DNA from: the human T2T-CHM13v2.0 reference genome, Homo sapiens
Strand: one strand, 5' to 3'
DNA: 64,000 nucleotides
Assembly (NCBI RefSeq): GCF_009914755.1
Contig: NC_060932.1
The translations under genes and the position numbers were made by a program. Within the stretch, counting starts at the first letter, position 1; each line of letters begins with the position of its first letter. Shown one piece after another: positions 59,451 to 64,000 of this stretch. The notes under the pieces are model-generated. The model saw nothing but the letters and a program-made list of their open reading frames with translations, was not told the DNA's origin and did no database searches.

Positions 59451-59619
59451 TGTTGTTTTAAAAAAAACACAACTCTTAGTTTTGTTAATCTTTTCTATTG
59501 CATTTCTAGTCTTTATCTCCTTTATTTATTCTCTGAGCTTGACTATTTCTTTCCTTCTGCTGATTAGGAGTTAAATTTGTTTTTCTTTTCTAATCTCTTT
59601 ATGTGTGAAATCAGGTTGA

Positions 59620-59854
<235 letters not shown>

Positions 59855-59899
59855 TAGAGATTTTGAGGTCTTTCGTTTGAGATCCTTCTTTTGAGATAT

Positions 59900-62480
59900 C
59901 TTGATAATATATCATTGTAGTTTTGATGTGCATTTCCATGTTGATTCATGGTATTGAGCATATTTTCATATACCTGTTGGTCATTTGTATATCTTCTTTT
60001 GAAAAATATTTATTCATGTCATTAACTCACTTTGTAATGGGATTATTTGTTTTTTAATGTTGAGTTGTTGCTTTTTTTTTAGAATTCTCACTTGTTTTAC
60101 TTTTTACACTTTGACTATAATGTGCCTTGGAGAAGACATTTTTGAATTTGTATCTTTTGGGGAATCTCTGGGCCTCCTGGATCTGGATGTCTAATTTTCT
60201 TGCTAGACTTAGGAGGTTTTCATCTACTGTTTACTTGAATAGGTTTTCTAAACTGTTGATTTTATCTTTGCCTTCTGGGACTCTAAAAATTTGAAAATGT
60301 GGTCACTTTATAGTTTCTCATATGCCACACAAGCTTTGTTCATTCTTTTTTTTTTTTTTTTCTTTACTTTTGTCTGACTGGGTTATTTCAAAAGATCTGT
60401 CTTCAATTTCTAAGGTTCTATTTTCTGCTTTATCTAGTCTACTGTTGAAGCTTTCAAATGTATTTTATATTTCATTCAATACATTCTTCAATTCCAGAAT
60501 TTCTTTTTGGTTCTCTTTTAGGATATCTATATTTTTGGTCAATTTCTCATTTATTTCCTGAATTCGTTTTATCTTCTGTCTTACTACCTTAAATCATAGT
60601 TTGAACTCTTTTTCCAGGATTTTATAAATTTCTTTTTGAGTGGGATTTGTTGCTGGGGAAATTATTGTATTCCTTCAGTGGTATCAAGTTTTCTTATTTT
60701 TCTATGTTTCCTATATCCTTACCTTGATATTTGCGTAAGTGGTATAACAGTTACTTCTTCCAATGTTTTGAATTTGCTTTCATAGGGGGGTACTTTTTCC
60801 TGAAGTGGACCTATGGTGTTGATTGGGTAAAGCACTTTGGCTTTGATTGTGTGTGCATGGAGTAATGTAGTCTCTGTATTATTCCCATGGCTGTAAACAG
60901 CATTAGTTGAATTTGAGATTTCCATGGATTCAGGTGAAATTGAGCGGAGGCTGTGGTGAAGTTGTGCTTGGTACTGGGACACCAGGTCGACCAGTCTTTG
61001 GGCCCCAGTGGTGGTAGCAGTAGGCTGAGCATACCTGTCCTTGGGCCCCAGGGTGGCATAAGCTGGCAATGGTTTTAGCAGACCCAGTCAGGGTAATTAT
61101 TAGGCCTCCAGGTGACTTGCTTGGGTTCTGGGAGTGGCAGCAGTGGGCCAGGTAGGTGGACAGGTTCTCAAGACCCTGGGCAGTGGACATGGCATGGGCA
61201 ATGGCAGTAGCACTGGTGAAACAACCCAGGTGTCTGGCAGTCTGTGTTGGTGTTGAAACAGGCTGTGACAGGCTGGGCAGCCAGTCCTTAGGCTCACATC
61301 TGGCACAAATGGGTGGGTGCCAGCTGTGGCAGTAGTGGCATGTTGAATAGGTCTGACCTCAGACACTGAAAAGAGTGCTTAGGTGCCAATGGTGTTACTC
61401 TGGGCTGGGCAATTTCCAGGTCCCTGGACAGTGTGCTCAGGGGTTGGCAAAGCCAGGCCAGGTGGTCCTAACCTCAAGCCCCCACAGTGATTCATTCAGG
61501 AACTGGCCATAATAGGCAGGAATGGGATGATCCCCAGGCTCCCAGTGGACTGGTGTGGCTTTCAGTCATTCCATAAGTTTTTGTATGTTATGTATTCATT
61601 TTATTTTGTCTGAAGATAATTTTTGATTATATTTTTGATTTTTTCTTTTAACAATTAGTTGTTCAAGGGTGTCATTTTTAATTTCCACATATTTGTGGAT
61701 TTTCTAAAATTTCTCCTATTGTTTATTTCTAGTTTTAGGCCATTGTGATAGGAAAGGATACATGACTTCATTGAATCTTCTTAAATTTGTTAAAACTTAT
61801 TTTGTGGCCCAACTTATGATGTGTCCTGGAGAATGTTCTCTGTGTGCTTGCAAATAATGTGTATTCTGCTACTGTTGGTTGGCATGTTCTATATTTATCT
61901 TTTAGGTCCGTTTTGTCTATAGTGTTATTCAAGTGTACTGTTTCCCTATTGATTTTCTGTCTGGATGGTCTATCCATTGTTGAAAGTGAGTTATTAAAAT
62001 CCCCTTCTATTATTGTATTGCTGCTTATTTCTCCCTTTAGTTCTGTTAATATTTGCTTTATATATGCAAATGCACCAATGTTGGTTGCACATATAGGCCT
62101 ATTTTTATGACAGAATCACATTGCTTTGAATATTGTAGCTTTGTAGTAAGTCCTGAAACAGCTTGGTATCAGGGTAATACTAGCCTCATAGAATTAGTTA
62201 GGAAGTGTTCATTCCTCTTCTTTTGTTTTGACTTATATATGAAGAATTGGCATAAATATAGTAGACTTTACCATCTAAGCCTTTCAGACCCAGGATTTTA
62301 TTGGTAGAAAGCTTTCTAATTTCTAAGCCAGTATCGTTACTTTCATAGACCTATTTAGATGTTCTTTTTTTTTTTTTTTTGCTAAATAAGATTTATTAGT
62401 TTTGTTTTTTAAGAATTTGTCTATTTTATCTGAATTATCTAATTAGAGAGCATCCAGTTTTTCATACTATTACTCTGTCT
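59900..62480 (-). mobile_element. Patchwork of older L1 fragments (ORF2 end, ORF1/5' UTR, endonuclease domain)
   Basis: ORF 61768-61977 (MDRPSRQKINRET...EYTLFASTQRTFSRTHHKLGHK) is L1 EN. 60080-61555 resembles antisense ORF1 and a GC-richer 5' UTR. Segments are out of canonical order. Confidence 0.7.
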
Positions 62481-62974
62481 TTTCTCTTGATCCTTGATTT
62501 TATCTTTTACTATACTTCAGCATGTCTTATATGAAGGGTTATACATTAGGAAGAAATCAAATTTGTAAAAGTATAAATAATTATTAATGCAAATTAGTAA
62601 AAGTAAATTTGTAAAAGTGTTTATAAACATATATATGAATAGATAAATATATGACTATACACATACATATATGTATATATGTAACTTTTTGCAACATATA
62701 TTTAGTTTATTCAGTTCAAAATACAATAGAATATTAGTAAATATATTTGTGCTTTTAGTATTTTATTTAAGTTCTGTTATTTTATTTTTTATGACTTTAA
62801 TGTTGTATAATAAAAGTATCAAATATAGTCATATTAAACAAACAAAAACCCAGGAAACTATGGTATAAGTTGGGGTTAATCAAAACGCCATAGTCACTGG
62901 TGAATATTAGCTATTTTTCTCCCTAAACTAAAATATCATGAAGAACCATCTATTACTATTTTGAGTCCATATTT

Positions 62975-63170
62975 TTGGTAATAATAGAAATTTTGATGCT
63001 TTCTATGTGCTAGGAACTATGCATTTATCTTATTCATCCCTCACAGAAATTATATAAGGAATGCTTTCAACATCACCATTTAGTAGAAGACTTGAACTTG
63101 TAGATAATATTAAGAAAAACAAAACACCTATCTAGATGGTGAGGTTCAGAGTTGTGAGTTTCTGCTTTCT
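62975..63170 (-). mobile_element. MIR SINE, degraded
   Basis: ttctatgtgctaggaactatgcatttatcttattcatccctcacagaaat...caccatttagtagaaga. Confidence 0.5.
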
Positions 63171-64000
63171 CTAGGAGTCATAGAAAAGCTCTCTGGCCCA
63201 GACAGAATCCATTAGCATTGAGAAGTTAGTGGTTCAAGAAATATATATGTGATGTGATCCATAGTAAATTACATTAAAATTGTTAAAGTGACCAGAAATG
63301 TGTTCATATATTCACCACATCTTTTGCTAATTCCCCACTCTTTTTCTTGGTCTGCTCTCTCAGGCAGCATTGCCACCAAATTATGGTAGTGGACATTCTA
63401 AGTAAAATGCTTAACTATTATTTTAATTTATTTAAAATAAAGTAAGCATCTTGGTTTTTCTGAAATAACAGCATAAGGAGGAAGGTTTAGTCATTAAACT
63501 TATCACTGGTTTGCTTTGCTACTTTTGTCTTCTTTGTGGCATAATATAGGCTCTCATTCTGTGCTGAGTACTAGGATGATGTCCATGGCACCAAAAAAAA
63601 AAAAAAAAAAAAAGAAAAGAAAGAAAGAAATAAGAGCTTTTCTTTCTTTTATTTGTAATTTTTTTTTCCGTCCCAAATAAGAAAATCATTAGAGGAGCAT
63701 AGTAGGGAGGTGTCTCCACTTCCTATTAAGAATCACATATTCTATAAGCAGACGATATTGAAGAAACAAGCTCTGTATTTTTAGAATATTATTTTATTTG
63801 GGGCCCATAAAAGTTTAGTTGTTGATAAGGTTCTAAATATTCTAGGATGATTCACACAATTATTATAAGATTGTAGTTTTTCTACTTTGTGACCTATTTA
63901 CTAATTGTAAAGGGTTGACATTTCAAAATTTTATAGATTCATTTCAATTCTTTTTTGCATCTGAACTAAGCAGCTTCTTCAATAAATCATAAATAATGGG

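Noticed and set aside
62845-62880. NPGNYGISW resembling piggyBac KPGKYGIK
   Set aside because: Isolated short match with no flanking transposase motifs.

Overview
AT-rich hominoid (human or great-ape) genomic DNA with no recognisable host gene, RNA gene or CpG island. The window is mostly nested transposable-element fossils: a near full-length Tigger2; three L1PA elements (one full-length with an open ORF0, two with 5' twin-priming inversions); a piggyBac (Looper-like) transposase remnant cut by two L1s; a chimeric ERV1 provirus carrying an internal PPT plus MER4-type LTR and a nested HML-1 solo LTR; a full-length L1MA hosting a complete THE1, a 3'-transducing truncated SVA and a MER52 LTR; MER67 and MER11 solo LTRs; and Alus, L2s and MIRs. 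The long ORFs are decayed TE frames or their antisense shadows. I see no new biological system. The notable items are mechanistic scars: transduction, target-site deletions, orphan poly(A) and ultra-short insertions, and an ERV recombinant. Family and subfamily names are recalled from consensus sequences, not from a database search, and boundaries of old elements are approximate.
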